The notes below the pieces were generated by a model that saw only the letters and a list, made by a program, of their open reading frames with translations, searched no databases and was not told the origin of the DNA. The translations under genes were made by a program, and so were the position numbers. DNA of 64,000 nt, from the IMG/VR virus record IMGVR_UViG_3300043446_002680, positions 7,950-71,949 of that record, one strand, 5' to 3'. The stretch comes from a virus. Positions 5,970-15,222 of this stretch are shown in pieces. Position 1 is the stretch's first letter. Every line of letters begins with the position of its first letter.

Positions 5970-5998
5970 ATAATACGACTTATTTTACTTGTTGTCAA
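5970..5998 (-). promoter_or_regulatory. Sigma70-type promoter of leader/tRNA array
   Basis: TTGACA-17-TATTAT. Confidence 0.75.
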
Positions 5999-6000
5999 CC

Positions 6001-6036
6001 TGTTGTATTTATACCACGTGTTGTATTTATGCCGCA
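6001..6036. promoter_or_regulatory. Tandem 18-bp operator-like boxes overlapping a T4-type late TATAAATA box (6006-6013, minus)
   Basis: TGTTG-N8-CCACG and TGTTG-N8-CCGCA. Confidence 0.55.
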
Positions 6037-6266
6037 TAATCTGCATACTTAATTCCAAACCAGGTAGCTAGACTTTCTGTGTAGAAAGTAAACCTAGTTT
6101 TTCGCATGCTGATTATTTCCCCAAAAGAAGCCAAGTTCATGTCTAGGCGCTCTGGTGTATAAGCAAAATCAAAATCTTGGCCCTGTACTAGTCCTTGGTC
6201 TTTTAGTTCACGTACGATTTTAAGTATACTATCAACTCTTAGGTCTGTCAATATGATGTCAATCAT
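6027..6266 (-). CDS. Hypothetical protein
   Basis: ORF in tightly coupled operon. Confidence 0.75.
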   Translation of the reverse strand: MIDIILTDLRVDSILKIVRELKDQGLVQGQDFDFAYTPERLDMNLASFGEIISMRKTRFTFYTESLATWFGIKYADYAA

Positions 6267-6409
6267 GTGGTCAAGGGCTCCGGTAATTCATAAGGTACTA
6301 CAATGATCACCGAGTAATGGTTATCGATGATATAGGCTCCAAGTTCCCAGCCCAAGATCACTGCTACAACTACAGTGATGACAAAATACTGTATGTACCA
6401 GGCTCGCAT
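6263..6409 (-). CDS. 48-aa membrane protein (not in ORF track)
   Basis: MRAWYIQYFVITVVVAVILGWELG...; ATGA overlap with the next gene. Confidence 0.6.
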   Translation of the reverse strand: MRAWYIQYFVITVVVAVILGWELGAYIIDNHYSVIIVVPYELPEPLTT

Positions 6410-6414
6410 GGATG

Positions 6415-6648
6415 CTAGTATTCTTTTACCATGTTGATGGTAATCGAGCCCGAGTGCTCTAACACAAACAAGGTAGCATCATGCGGGTCACGAAAATGAA
6501 ACTCCAAGTAGTCCTGTGTGGGATGTGTGAGATATCTATCACCAGGTAAACCAAATACTTCTAGTGCTCTGGCTGTGACTTGATTCCAAGGGGTAGGGCT
6601 GTTGAGATTCCAGCCTACCCTGACCACAGTTAAATTTCTACTTGACAT
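6415..6648 (-). CDS. Hypothetical protein
   Basis: ORF in operon. Confidence 0.7.
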   Translation of the reverse strand: MSSRNLTVVRVGWNLNSPTPWNQVTARALEVFGLPGDRYLTHPTQDYLEFHFRDPHDATLFVLEHSGSITINMVKEY

Positions 6649-7454
6649 GCAGCATCGAACTCCATGTGTTCATAACCTTGATAGCCACGTGGATTGGCTA
6701 TGACACGGCACTCACCAATTCGGTAGTCTTGGCGCTGATGTATATGGCCATGAATCCAAGCACGAATTTGTGGGTTATCCAAGATTACCGGTTCTAGATT
6801 ACTAGCATATCCACCATTCATCAACTTTTCGTGCACATAGTCTCTGTGAATACTTTGGAAACTAGGAGCATGATGTGTGATGACCACAGTAGGCATATCT
6901 CTGTGTTCACGCAACCTATCCTTCAACCAACCCACAGTGGCACGATGTACTCCGCGAGTGATGTTTGGTGTTAACCTATGCCATGCATCTGTAGCTGGAT
7001 TATGATATTTGACCACACGGTAATCATTCATCAGTCCGCGCAGTGCACTAGCAGTGGCAGGATCGTCGCCATTAAGGTCAGTCCATAAGCTGCAACCCAG
7101 AAATCGCACGCCGTCTATGACAACATCATCTAATTCCATGAGTCTTACATTGTCAGGCATGATGGCTCTAAGTCGTTGCTCAGTGCTGAGAAACTCTGCG
7201 TGATAGTGTTCGTGGTTGCCCATGACATATAAGACTTCGCGATATTTGGCACATTCTTCTACGAAGAATCTGCGAGCACGATCTGGACGACCATACTTGG
7301 TGACGTCTGCGCCCAATGTGGTAAAGGCAGGGTCATAGGTCTGCTCGATGTTCCTAACTTCAGCAACATCGCCGGCCAAGACCAGTATATCCCCGCCCGG
7401 CAACTCCAGGTCACCAAACTCGAGATGCAAATCACTCATGTAGCTAATTTTCAT
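6630..7454 (-). CDS. Calcineurin-like metallophosphoesterase
   Basis: SDLH, AGD, GNHE, THHAP, HGHIH motifs. Confidence 0.92.
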   Translation of the reverse strand: MKISYMSDLHLEFGDLELPGGDILVLAGDVAEVRNIEQTYDPAFTTLGADVTKYGRPDRARRFFVEECAKYREVLYVMGNHEHYHAEFLSTEQRLRAIMPDNVRLMELDDVVIDGVRFLGCSLWTDLNGDDPATASALRGLMNDYRVVKYHNPATDAWHRLTPNITRGVHRATVGWLKDRLREHRDMPTVVITHHAPSFQSIHRDYVHEKLMNGGYASNLEPVILDNPQIRAWIHGHIHQRQDYRIGECRVIANPRGYQGYEHMEFDAACQVEI

Positions 7455-7813
7455 TTAATTAACACTCTTTCCTCAACAACTCTATCTGACCATAACCGAT
7501 GTCCACGCACACGAACAACATCTGCGGTATTTTGTGGATATAAGGTCCACTGTTCACGCCAATAGTTTTCTGTCATACCTTGATCACAGATGACCATGTA
7601 AACTTCATAATGCCTATGTCCATTGTATCTGGCACGTAGTAAAATTGCCTGTACAATACTATTAGCAGGATTACGCTGTACTGGCCTATCCCCTAACATA
7701 TTTAACAATTGTAGTTCATCCCAGCCTGCATAGTCAGTAAGATCCACAATGCTTTCAATGCCAAAACTATCCCAACTGAATAAGAATAAACGTTCGTTAT
7801 CTTGTAGTTGCAT
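7451..7813 (-). CDS. Hypothetical protein
   Basis: RBS AAGGTAG; coupled ORF. Confidence 0.75.
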   Translation of the reverse strand: MQLQDNERLFLFSWDSFGIESIVDLTDYAGWDELQLLNMLGDRPVQRNPANSIVQAILLRARYNGHRHYEVYMVICDQGMTENYWREQWTLYPQNTADVVRVRGHRLWSDRVVEERVLIK

Positions 7814-7833
7814 TTGCTACCTTTATAAACAAT

Positions 7834-7858
7834 AAAAGGCTGTACTAGACAGCCTTTT
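7834..7858 (-). terminator. Intrinsic terminator (possibly bidirectional)
   Basis: AAAAGGCTGT/ACAGCCTTTT inverted repeat. Confidence 0.65.
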
Positions 7859-7877
7859 GTACTGCTTACTGCATCAA

Positions 7878-8123
7878 TTAGACAAAACGGCTAGCACGAC
7901 TGCCGGTTACATCACGTGCACTCACGGAGTAAGTCATACGTCCGTCGGAATTGGGTTTGGTGACAACCTTCAAGCCTGCATGACGAAACTCAGTCATACG
8001 TGCACGAATATTCTTGATACCATACAGTGATTCGGCTTGGCGTGCACTCAGGCTACGACCAGTACCACGCAGATAGTTCTCAAGAAAAACGTTTTGGGTT
8101 GAAGAAATTTTAGTAAATGCCAT
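7878..8123 (-). CDS. Small winged-helix DNA-binding protein
   Basis: Basic; LSARQAESLYGIKNIRARMTEFR HTH-like pattern. Confidence 0.65.
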   Translation of the reverse strand: MAFTKISSTQNVFLENYLRGTGRSLSARQAESLYGIKNIRARMTEFRHAGLKVVTKPNSDGRMTYSVSARDVTGSRASRFV

Positions 8124-8150
8124 ATAAATATCCTTTGTTAAAGTAATACT

Positions 8151-8179
8151 AGTATACAGATTGTGTTAGACATTGTCAA
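8151..8179 (-). promoter_or_regulatory. Sigma70-type promoter
   Basis: TTGACA-17-TATACT. Confidence 0.8.
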
Positions 8180-8187
8180 CAAGCAAT

Positions 8188-8802
8188 TTACTCGAAATTT
8201 TCCCAGTCACCGCCTGGTTTGGGTACCCAACCAATTTGTTGTAAGTCTTGCCTAATTTCCTCAGTGATGCTACCTTCACCTACATAACGCTCGTACTGAT
8301 GCTTGTATTGCCGGCGTTGAGCATCAGTCCACCCTTCTTGCACACTTAGGTCCACAGGGTTGCGTATGCCACTACAGTACCAATCTATGTAGTCTCCTGA
8401 ACCCATCATGTCTGCCACAATACCGCCCGAGTAGCGCCATGAACAGTGCCAACTACGATCCTCAAGAATGGGCATGACATCCAGTTTGACGAAGCTATTG
8501 TTGCACATGGCAGCATAGAGATTCTGTGCGTAGTAGTCATTGCTACGAACCTTTTCACACATGAATTCACTAGTACGTAAGTCATACTCCATGTTATGCT
8601 CACGCCATGCAGGATCCTGCTCTCGCTCGAGTCTGAGAGCTGCTTCGCTTTTAAAGACTTCCATCATGGCGTCTACAGTGTCATCATTTTCCGGAGTTCG
8701 TCCCTGTTCTGCCATTCTTGCCAAATACTTGGTAGGTTGGAAAGTATTACGATCCGGGCTGCGACTCAACATCGCGGGCGAGTGTGACTGTTCCTTCATC
8801 AT
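8188..8802 (-). CDS. Hypothetical phage protein (start uncertain)
   Basis: Long ORF with YAQNLYAAMCN...SWR...DYIDWYCSG. Confidence 0.75.
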   Translation of the reverse strand: MMKEQSHSPAMLSRSPDRNTFQPTKYLARMAEQGRTPENDDTVDAMMEVFKSEAALRLEREQDPAWREHNMEYDLRTSEFMCEKVRSNDYYAQNLYAAMCNNSFVKLDVMPILEDRSWHCSWRYSGGIVADMMGSGDYIDWYCSGIRNPVDLSVQEGWTDAQRRQYKHQYERYVGEGSITEEIRQDLQQIGWVPKPGGDWENFE

Positions 8803-8971
8803 CTATATTCCATATCAGTGTGTCGCCTATGCGCCACCCATTGGCTGCTAGTGCCTCTTCGGGAATAGGCATAACAAGATCACCAGTTTCTGGATCTTGC
8901 TCTAAGGTTACAATCCAGGTTGTTGGTGTTATCTCGGCTGTGGTTGTTGCAGGATCAATCTTTGATTTCAT
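8747..8971 (-). CDS. AbrB/MazE-like swapped-hairpin domain protein
   Basis: GDLVMPIPEEALAANGWRIGDTL pattern. Confidence 0.6.
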   Translation of the reverse strand: MKSKIDPATTTAEITPTTWIVTLEQDPETGDLVMPIPEEALAANGWRIGDTLIWNIDDEGTVTLARDVESQPGS

Positions 8972-9173
8972 GTTCTTGTATCAATCTTTTGGCGAGATCG
9001 AAATCCTCTCTTGTTCTAAATCTAAAGGCCGGAGCTGCCATAGTAGTCTGCACAATGTCGTAACCAATCTGACGATTGCCTAAAAGCCTGACCATGTGAT
9101 CACGGCTCCATCTGTCTAAAGCAAAGACTTCTCGTAGTTCAGGAATGTTAGTAAATTGTATTCGTAGTGTCAT
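8955..9173 (-). CDS. Hypothetical protein
   Basis: Coupled ORF. Confidence 0.65.
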   Translation of the reverse strand: MTLRIQFTNIPELREVFALDRWSRDHMVRLLGNRQIGYDIVQTTMAAPAFRFRTREDFDLAKRLIQEHEIKD

Positions 9174-9454
9174 AATGGTTTAATCTCAACTACATTCATA
9201 ACTCTGAAACTGCGCCACTGTGCAATGTCTGTGGCCCAGGCGCTTATGGTTTCTAATTTTAGCACTTTGGGTTTGGTGTCTGCAACCTGTTCTACTACCA
9301 AACGGGCTGGCAATAGATCAGGTTTTAGCGTACAAGGCATGACTCTAGTACTACCATCTACTTTGGTAAAGGTAACTTCATAAATGCCTTCCCGTAGCAG
9401 ACTTTCTAACCACATGTAACGCTCTAGTTCATTATTGCCCACTAGTTCAATCAT
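9170..9454 (-). CDS. SH3/WYL-like small phage protein
   Basis: VTFTKVDGSTRVMPCTL...WRSFR motif. Confidence 0.7.
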   Translation of the reverse strand: MIELVGNNELERYMWLESLLREGIYEVTFTKVDGSTRVMPCTLKPDLLPARLVVEQVADTKPKVLKLETISAWATDIAQWRSFRVMNVVEIKPL

Positions 9455-9693
9455 GTATGATCCTTACCTAATTCATCTAACAACATTTTCTGACTGGCTG
9501 CTCGTAGGCTATCACGCTCGATCTGATCCACTCTAGCACTGATTAGCTTGATCATCTGAGCTAATTGCTGCTCACCTTCGTCACGCCAATGGCTGTATTC
9601 TACACCCACCGTGCTGCGATAATAATACCGATTATTATCCTGCATTTCGCGTATGGTACCATACAGCATGTCTTTGATCATTTGCTTGTCCAT
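9451..9693 (-). CDS. Hypothetical protein (start MDKQMIK)
   Basis: Start moved to avoid overlap with the ligase. Confidence 0.7.
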   Translation of the reverse strand: MDKQMIKDMLYGTIREMQDNNRYYYRSTVGVEYSHWRDEGEQQLAQMIKLISARVDQIERDSLRAASQKMLLDELGKDHT

Positions 9694-9694
9694 A

Positions 9695-11032
9695 CTACAA
9701 TTTTTCTCCAATCTCGAAACCGCGAAAGCGTAAAAACCTCGGAAACCTGAGCGAATAGCTGCCATCTTGATTTTGAGTAACAGCATCTGCACGAACCTCG
9801 ACGACCTGCCCCTTAACACTATGCCGACTATGCCAAATCCCAGTACGAAGCTCATCGCTGTAGCCGCTGCCCACGTTAACACGAATTCTACGTCCGTCAT
9901 CCTCACCCTCACAAACCAGGGCACCAAGGCGCCCGAGATTTTTACCAGTGCCTGCTTCAACGTCAACAATATTTAAGCTAACTTCAATAAAAGGCTTAAG
10001 TTTCAACCATGACACACTACGCTTACACTCATAAGGCGCCGCTGTGTCCTTGATCATGATACCTTCGTAGCCGCCTGCAATGGCTTCACGATTGATCTCG
10101 CGATAGCGAGCCTGTCCTGCTTGGGTATCTAAGTCTACTAGCTCTTGACCTAGTACACGCACACTTGGCAAAGCTGTCTCATGTTGCTGATAAAATGCCT
10201 GTAGAGCATGACTACGTTCTAGTTGGGTAGCTAGACTGCGACCCTGCTCAAAGTCTGCCAAAGGCAAGCAATCAAACAGGTGTAGTACAGCATCGTTAGC
10301 CCGTACATTACTCTTACGATGTACCTGACGCATCAAGTCTTGGAAACTCTCACTCATGATCTCGCCATCAAACACCATGGCTTCGGTAAGATTGTTGGCA
10401 ATGGCGTGGAACTCAGCCTTGACATGTGCAAAATTCACAAGCTCTTTACCATTCCTACTAAACTGATCAACCCTGCCGTCTGGATGCACAATAGTGATAA
10501 CACGAACTCCATCCAACTTGACTTCGACCAGTTTTTTTCCTGCAACCTTGCCTTCGTGATTAGCACTATCATGAGCAAGTTGACAGCCAAACACAGGCAC
10601 GCTATAGCCAGGATAGCGATGCTCTACCACCTTGTTGATAGTCTTTTCGCTAACACCACAGCGTAGGTCCTTAATAAGGATACGACGGTACCATCTATTC
10701 CACTGCTCAACAGTACTAGCCAGCATCATGTGATTCAGCATGTCACGAGCCATGTTGCCAGTGATCTCTCTGTTGACAAAGCCTGTGATGGCCAAGGCAA
10801 AGGTATCCCAGTTCATACCATGGTCGCTGGTTAGTTGATCAGTTGCCTTCTTTTCTGGCACTTGTTTGATGCCAAAGGTAATCATGGGATCCAGAGCCAA
10901 GCGGCAACCCTCAAAGAATTCAGAGTTGCCGGCTTCTGCTTGAGCCTCAATAATCTGCTCCTTGTTGGTACGCAGATTATGTGTTTCCAATGCTGAGATA
11001 ACTTGCCAGGGCTTATCCACCTTAGCCTCCAA
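9695..11032 (-). CDS. ATP-dependent DNA ligase
   Basis: KLDGVR, DGEI, EGIMIK, WLKLKP, SLRFPRF. Confidence 0.95.
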   Translation of the reverse strand: MEAKVDKPWQVISALETHNLRTNKEQIIEAQAEAGNSEFFEGCRLALDPMITFGIKQVPEKKATDQLTSDHGMNWDTFALAITGFVNREITGNMARDMLNHMMLASTVEQWNRWYRRILIKDLRCGVSEKTINKVVEHRYPGYSVPVFGCQLAHDSANHEGKVAGKKLVEVKLDGVRVITIVHPDGRVDQFSRNGKELVNFAHVKAEFHAIANNLTEAMVFDGEIMSESFQDLMRQVHRKSNVRANDAVLHLFDCLPLADFEQGRSLATQLERSHALQAFYQQHETALPSVRVLGQELVDLDTQAGQARYREINREAIAGGYEGIMIKDTAAPYECKRSVSWLKLKPFIEVSLNIVDVEAGTGKNLGRLGALVCEGEDDGRRIRVNVGSGYSDELRTGIWHSRHSVKGQVVEVRADAVTQNQDGSYSLRFPRFLRFRGFEIGEKL

Positions 11033-11677
11033 TTAATGTACCAAACCAAAACGCCGAGCGCACACTGGGCCATAGCCTAACTCTGTGCTACGACTATCTT
11101 TGAGACCGTGATTGCAAAAACTGCAAGCACCAGTTAGACGTCCATACTTACCAGCAGTAGCTTCAGGCTCTGCGGCAAACTCTTGTACTAATGCTACGAC
11201 ATCAGCACCAGCTTGTCTAGTAGCATGGAAGTCACCATTGACATCAATGCGACCAAAGTACTTATTGGCACCAAAGGGACCACCGTCTGTTACAAGAATT
11301 TGGCCAGCGTACTTGCTAGCGGGACCAGCACGACCAAACGCCACAGGTTGACCCTCAATGCTTTGTAACTTGACCTTGATACGCTTGAGAGTCTGTGCGG
11401 CACGATCAAACATGTCCTGAATACGCTGTACATTAACCTGTACAGCGGCGGGTGCTGGGGCAGGATTGGTTGCACGTTGGACAAGGGTGTCGACCCAGGC
11501 CAACTGCTTGTCGCTGAGACGACCAAAACGATAGAAGTTGCTGACTAAACTACCAGCGAACTCTGCGTCACGCACAGACATTGCGCTCATAGCATCACGT
11601 AGAGCCTGCACTTGGGGTTCCTGACTAGCGTCAGGGCTAACAACACGAGGAGCACGATAAAAACCTTTGTATGCCAT
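11033..11677 (-). CDS. DUF6011-like zinc-finger protein
   Basis: C-terminal CSFC...S...GYGPVCA. Confidence 0.7.
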   Translation of the reverse strand: MAYKGFYRAPRVVSPDASQEPQVQALRDAMSAMSVRDAEFAGSLVSNFYRFGRLSDKQLAWVDTLVQRATNPAPAPAAVQVNVQRIQDMFDRAAQTLKRIKVKLQSIEGQPVAFGRAGPASKYAGQILVTDGGPFGANKYFGRIDVNGDFHATRQAGADVVALVQEFAAEPEATAGKYGRLTGACSFCNHGLKDSRSTELGYGPVCARRFGLVH

Positions 11678-11707
11678 TTTGTATCTCCGTTGTTTCAGTG
11701 TACCGTT

Positions 11708-11736
11708 AGTATAGCAAAAATGATCAACCCTGTCAA
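11708..11736 (-). promoter_or_regulatory. Sigma70-type promoter
   Basis: TTGACA-17-TATACT. Confidence 0.8.
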
Positions 11737-11744
11737 CCTTAGGG

Positions 11745-12065
11745 TTAATGCGTGTTTAGTGCCGGAGCACATGAATTTACAATTTCGCGCTCCACAGCGT
11801 GAGCAGGCTTGCGTCCACGTACAATGTCAACTAACAACATGACGTGAGCGTCTGCGCCGTGAGTACGAATACTGTGGCACAAAGCCCACGACTTGTTCTC
11901 AGTTACAGCACGACGAACATGCTTTTGCCAACGTATTTTGAGAGCACGATTAATTTGGCTACCACATACTGTGATGCCAACATAGTGCTCGTTGGTGACA
12001 ACATTCACTACCATATATAGTGCATGTTTAGTGTCTTGCCTACGTTTACGAGTGCGTTTTTCCAT
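11745..12065 (-). CDS. GIY-YIG nuclease-family protein (start MEKRTRK)
   Basis: ALYM...YVGIT, R, E, LN motifs. Confidence 0.75.
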   Translation of the reverse strand: MEKRTRKRRQDTKHALYMVVNVVTNEHYVGITVCGSQINRALKIRWQKHVRRAVTENKSWALCHSIRTHGADAHVMLLVDIVRGRKPAHAVEREIVNSCAPALNTH

Positions 12066-12071
12066 ACTCTT

Positions 12072-12100
12072 AGTATAGCAAAACGGTGAGATTGTGTCAA
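12072..12100 (-). promoter_or_regulatory. Sigma70-type promoter, leaderless geometry
   Basis: TTGACA-17-TATACT; ATG 6 nt after -10. Confidence 0.8.
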
Positions 12101-12102
12101 CT

Positions 12103-12187
12103 TGTGGCACTAAAACCACACACTAGGTGTTGTTTTTCCACGATTTTCTGGGATTTTTCAGCAGAATTATGTGGTTTTTCAGCCACA
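12103..12187. promoter_or_regulatory. Two palindromic 18-bp operator-like boxes
   Basis: TGTGG-N8-CCACA at 12103-12120 and 12170-12187. Confidence 0.6.
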
Positions 12188-12208
12188 AATCTGCTGAATT
12201 ATTAGACG

Positions 12209-12448
12209 CTAGTGTAGAGTGCGATTTGGTGCAACAAACTCATCAATGCCCAGTATTTCTAAGATTTCGGCCAGCGTTTCACTGGGGTTTTCAAAACCTG
12301 CGGCGGGTCCAAACACAGTCTTAAGATTACCGTCCTTGTCAAGTAGGATACCTACATCAGTGTCGTCAATGTCGAAATTTTCTGTTTCGTCGAGTTCCAG
12401 TACGGTAAGTTCTTCTTCGGGTTGATCTGCAGGATTTGGTTTTGACAT
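12209..12448 (-). CDS. Acidic hypothetical protein
   Basis: AGGAG RBS; D/E-rich. Confidence 0.75.
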   Translation of the reverse strand: MSKPNPADQPEEELTVLELDETENFDIDDTDVGILLDKDGNLKTVFGPAAGFENPSETLAEILEILGIDEFVAPNRTLH

Positions 12449-12501
12449 AGGAACTCCTATTTGTAAATGTATTTACACCACAGCGTGATTTGTATTATCT
12501 A

Positions 12502-12849
12502 CTACTTGAACAAGATCAAGCTCATCAACACAGTCTGACCCACGAACCCTAGACAAATAGTTGCAATGTATAAAAAGTTCTTTTCGAACAAGCTCTTAAA
12601 AAACACAGCAATCAAACCACCCCAGACAAACAACATAATGTCCACTGGCGGCATACGATCACTTTGATTGGTCAACACTGCCAACAAGGTAGGCACACTG
12701 CTGAGATGCAACAGCACTATGGTGACCCATCCTAGTGTATGTGCACTGATATTGGTAAGGTGTTCTCGAAAAAACAATAACACAGCACCAGGAATGTTGA
12801 GTACACTTTCTAATGCGCGAGTCACTGCTGGTAATTCATCATGTTTCAT
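12502..12849 (-). CDS. Membrane protein with about 3 TM segments
   Basis: Hydrophobic segments; next to the cell-wall hydrolase. Confidence 0.75.
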   Translation of the reverse strand: MKHDELPAVTRALESVLNIPGAVLLFFREHLTNISAHTLGWVTIVLLHLSSVPTLLAVLTNQSDRMPPVDIMLFVWGGLIAVFFKSLFEKNFLYIATICLGFVGQTVLMSLILFK

Positions 12850-12858
12850 AGTGCTTCC

Positions 12859-13437
12859 TTATTTGTAAAAGATGTGTCGACCGATTTTGGTAATACGTTC
12901 GCGTTTCCAACCTGGATTGATATATTCCGCGTGGTAATACATAGCCGAGTACAAGCTGGGTAACCTAAACCCTTCTAGCAATACTTTTTTGGCCACTGCC
13001 ATGCTTTCGTCATAGGCTTCTTTGTGTATGGGTCTCATTGATGCCACACGATCACAGTACCAACTGAATTGGCACACTGTTTTCTCATAAAAAACATTTT
13101 TTTGATAAACCACACGACAAATGTCGCTGGGAAACTCGCCACTTTCGGCTCGGTTAAGTGTGACCTGTGCCACGGCTACCTTGCCTTCGAATGGTTCTTG
13201 AGCTGCTTCGAAATAGATATTGCGAGCCAAGCAGGCCAATTGTTTCTCTCGTACTTCAGCAGTGATTTCACTGGGTATAACAGGTTGAATATTGGCAAAT
13301 TTTTTGTCAATGGTCCAAAGTAATAAATTAACGCAGAAATATAAGCCCACGGCCATGAACCCGAGGCCTATGATACGAACCAACCACTTAACTAAGCGAT
13401 TATCTGGCTCTATTTCCTGAACGGCGATGTCTGTCAT
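12859..13437 (-). CDS. SleB-like cell wall hydrolase (Hydrolase_2) with N-terminal TM
   Basis: CLARNIYFEA, VAQVTLNR, CQFSW, IGRHIFY; AGGAG RBS. Confidence 0.9.
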   Translation of the reverse strand: MTDIAVQEIEPDNRLVKWLVRIIGLGFMAVGLYFCVNLLLWTIDKKFANIQPVIPSEITAEVREKQLACLARNIYFEAAQEPFEGKVAVAQVTLNRAESGEFPSDICRVVYQKNVFYEKTVCQFSWYCDRVASMRPIHKEAYDESMAVAKKVLLEGFRLPSLYSAMYYHAEYINPGWKRERITKIGRHIFYK

Positions 13438-13477
13438 AACAGTTCTCCTTTCGGTGTAATGAACGCCATAATACAAA

Positions 13478-13506
13478 ATTATACCCTAAGGGCATGAATT
13501 TTGCAA
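13478..13506 (-). promoter_or_regulatory. Sigma70-type promoter
   Basis: TTGCAA-17-TATAAT. Confidence 0.65.
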
Positions 13507-13517
13507 GAGGTTTTGAA

Positions 13518-15212
13518 TTAACCTAACGGTGGGGGATCACCGGATTGAGCTTTGATTCCAGCCCATTGTACAGCATCGAGCTTGACATCGGGATTAGGAA
13601 CCCCGAAAGATTGAAATATTTTAATATTTTTTCCTTCTGCTATGCCTGCCAGGATAGCTTCTGAATAAATACCACCGTGATTTAGTGCCAGTGACCTGAC
13701 AGCAGTTTCATGTTTGAGCCATGGATTGTAAGTATCTGTGGCCATGTCATGTAAATTCTGAGCAAAACTTATCACAGTTTCTACACCACCCTTTTGATTA
13801 GCCGTACTTATTCCAGCTAACTGTTGATTTTTTCTTTCTTCAATTAGTCCATTATGCAAGGTTAAAAATGCATTATTGCCCGCAGCTAATTGACTAATTA
13901 TGGTAGGATTGGTAGGATTTGTAAAAGCTGTTTTAGCAGAATTTATTGCAGACGCTGCTGCTGCATCCTGTACAGGATCACCGCCGGTACCGGCTGCTGC
14001 GTTAATCGCAGCTATTAGATTTTGACCTTGGGTGCTAGCACTGAGTTGAGCGGCAATGGCAGTCATTGATGTTATAGTATTTGGGTATAATGCATTATAT
14101 GATGTTCCTATTATGTTTTCCATAGTTGGAGTACCAAATATTGTAGAGCCTGTGCCTAAATTAAGATTTGGTACATTAAAAAGTGCCTGATAAACAGCAG
14201 GATTCGCATGTGCCGCCATGACCTGAGTCAGAGTAGGTATACTTATCTGAGCAAGAAATCGCCCAAATTCTTCGCCGGTGGTCGCACTAGCATTAAAACC
14301 TGTTAAATTAAATAATTTGTCGGCTAACAAAGGTAAGGTAGGTACTAAGGCTGCTGCGGCAGGACCTAATAAATTATTAGCATTTAGTAAATCACTAAAC
14401 TTATTGATTGCCGCTCCTGTAACCGCAGTGACACCTATATTGGTGATTATTTCTTGAAAATACTTAGTTGGCATGGTATCCATGACTTTGACGATGTCTG
14501 CGTCTGGGATAGTTCCGGCCTGTAACATTTCGTAGCTGAATCCAGCTGAATCTAATGTGCTTAAGACTTGATCTGTTAAACCTTGGTTAAGCCAGTTTTT
14601 TACTATACCTGTTGGTGTAAACGTTTCTGTGAGTTTACTAAAGTCAAACCCAGTACCAAAGTTATTTTGCATATTACTGGTAAGTTGGGTCCATCCAGTT
14701 TCACTGCTGCCAAATTGGTTTGTAATACCTAATGTAGCTTGATCCAATGGATTACGAACACTAAAACCAAAATCTTCACTGTCAGTTAATTTCATCTGAT
14801 CAAAGTTTCCAGCTATGTCGAATGATTGTTGTATAAAAGTTTTTGCAGTTTGAATAACATCCGTGGCACCTTTAGCCAAGTGAGTAAACAAACTAGATCC
14901 CTGCGACTGGACAGTACCAGGAATAAACGCTTCATTGGTTAGTATAGATCCAGTTCCGGTATTAAGAATACTACCGGCGGCTGCTTGTTGTGTTGGGGTA
15001 CACACACCATTTAAACAAGGTGGTAAATCTCTAATAGCAGCAGTAACCAAGCTACCTATGCCAGCACCTACTGCACCTGTAATTGCACCTCTGACACCTC
15101 CAGTGGCGAATCCACTGACTGCACCAGCCATTAATGGATTAGATGCTAGGCCATATCCTTGCAATAATCCAGCACCAGCTAAGGCCAATATAGGCGTACA
15201 TAATCTACACAT
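13518..15212 (-). CDS. Large hypothetical, probably virion/baseplate-associated
   Basis: A/G/T-rich; follows the PAAR gene; TAAATA box upstream. Confidence 0.7.
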   Translation of the reverse strand: MCRLCTPILALAGAGLLQGYGLASNPLMAGAVSGFATGGVRGAITGAVGAGIGSLVTAAIRDLPPCLNGVCTPTQQAAAGSILNTGTGSILTNEAFIPGTVQSQGSSLFTHLAKGATDVIQTAKTFIQQSFDIAGNFDQMKLTDSEDFGFSVRNPLDQATLGITNQFGSSETGWTQLTSNMQNNFGTGFDFSKLTETFTPTGIVKNWLNQGLTDQVLSTLDSAGFSYEMLQAGTIPDADIVKVMDTMPTKYFQEIITNIGVTAVTGAAINKFSDLLNANNLLGPAAAALVPTLPLLADKLFNLTGFNASATTGEEFGRFLAQISIPTLTQVMAAHANPAVYQALFNVPNLNLGTGSTIFGTPTMENIIGTSYNALYPNTITSMTAIAAQLSASTQGQNLIAAINAAAGTGGDPVQDAAAASAINSAKTAFTNPTNPTIISQLAAGNNAFLTLHNGLIEERKNQQLAGISTANQKGGVETVISFAQNLHDMATDTYNPWLKHETAVRSLALNHGGIYSEAILAGIAEGKNIKIFQSFGVPNPDVKLDAVQWAGIKAQSGDPPPLG

Positions 15213-15222
15213 AGTTTTGTAT

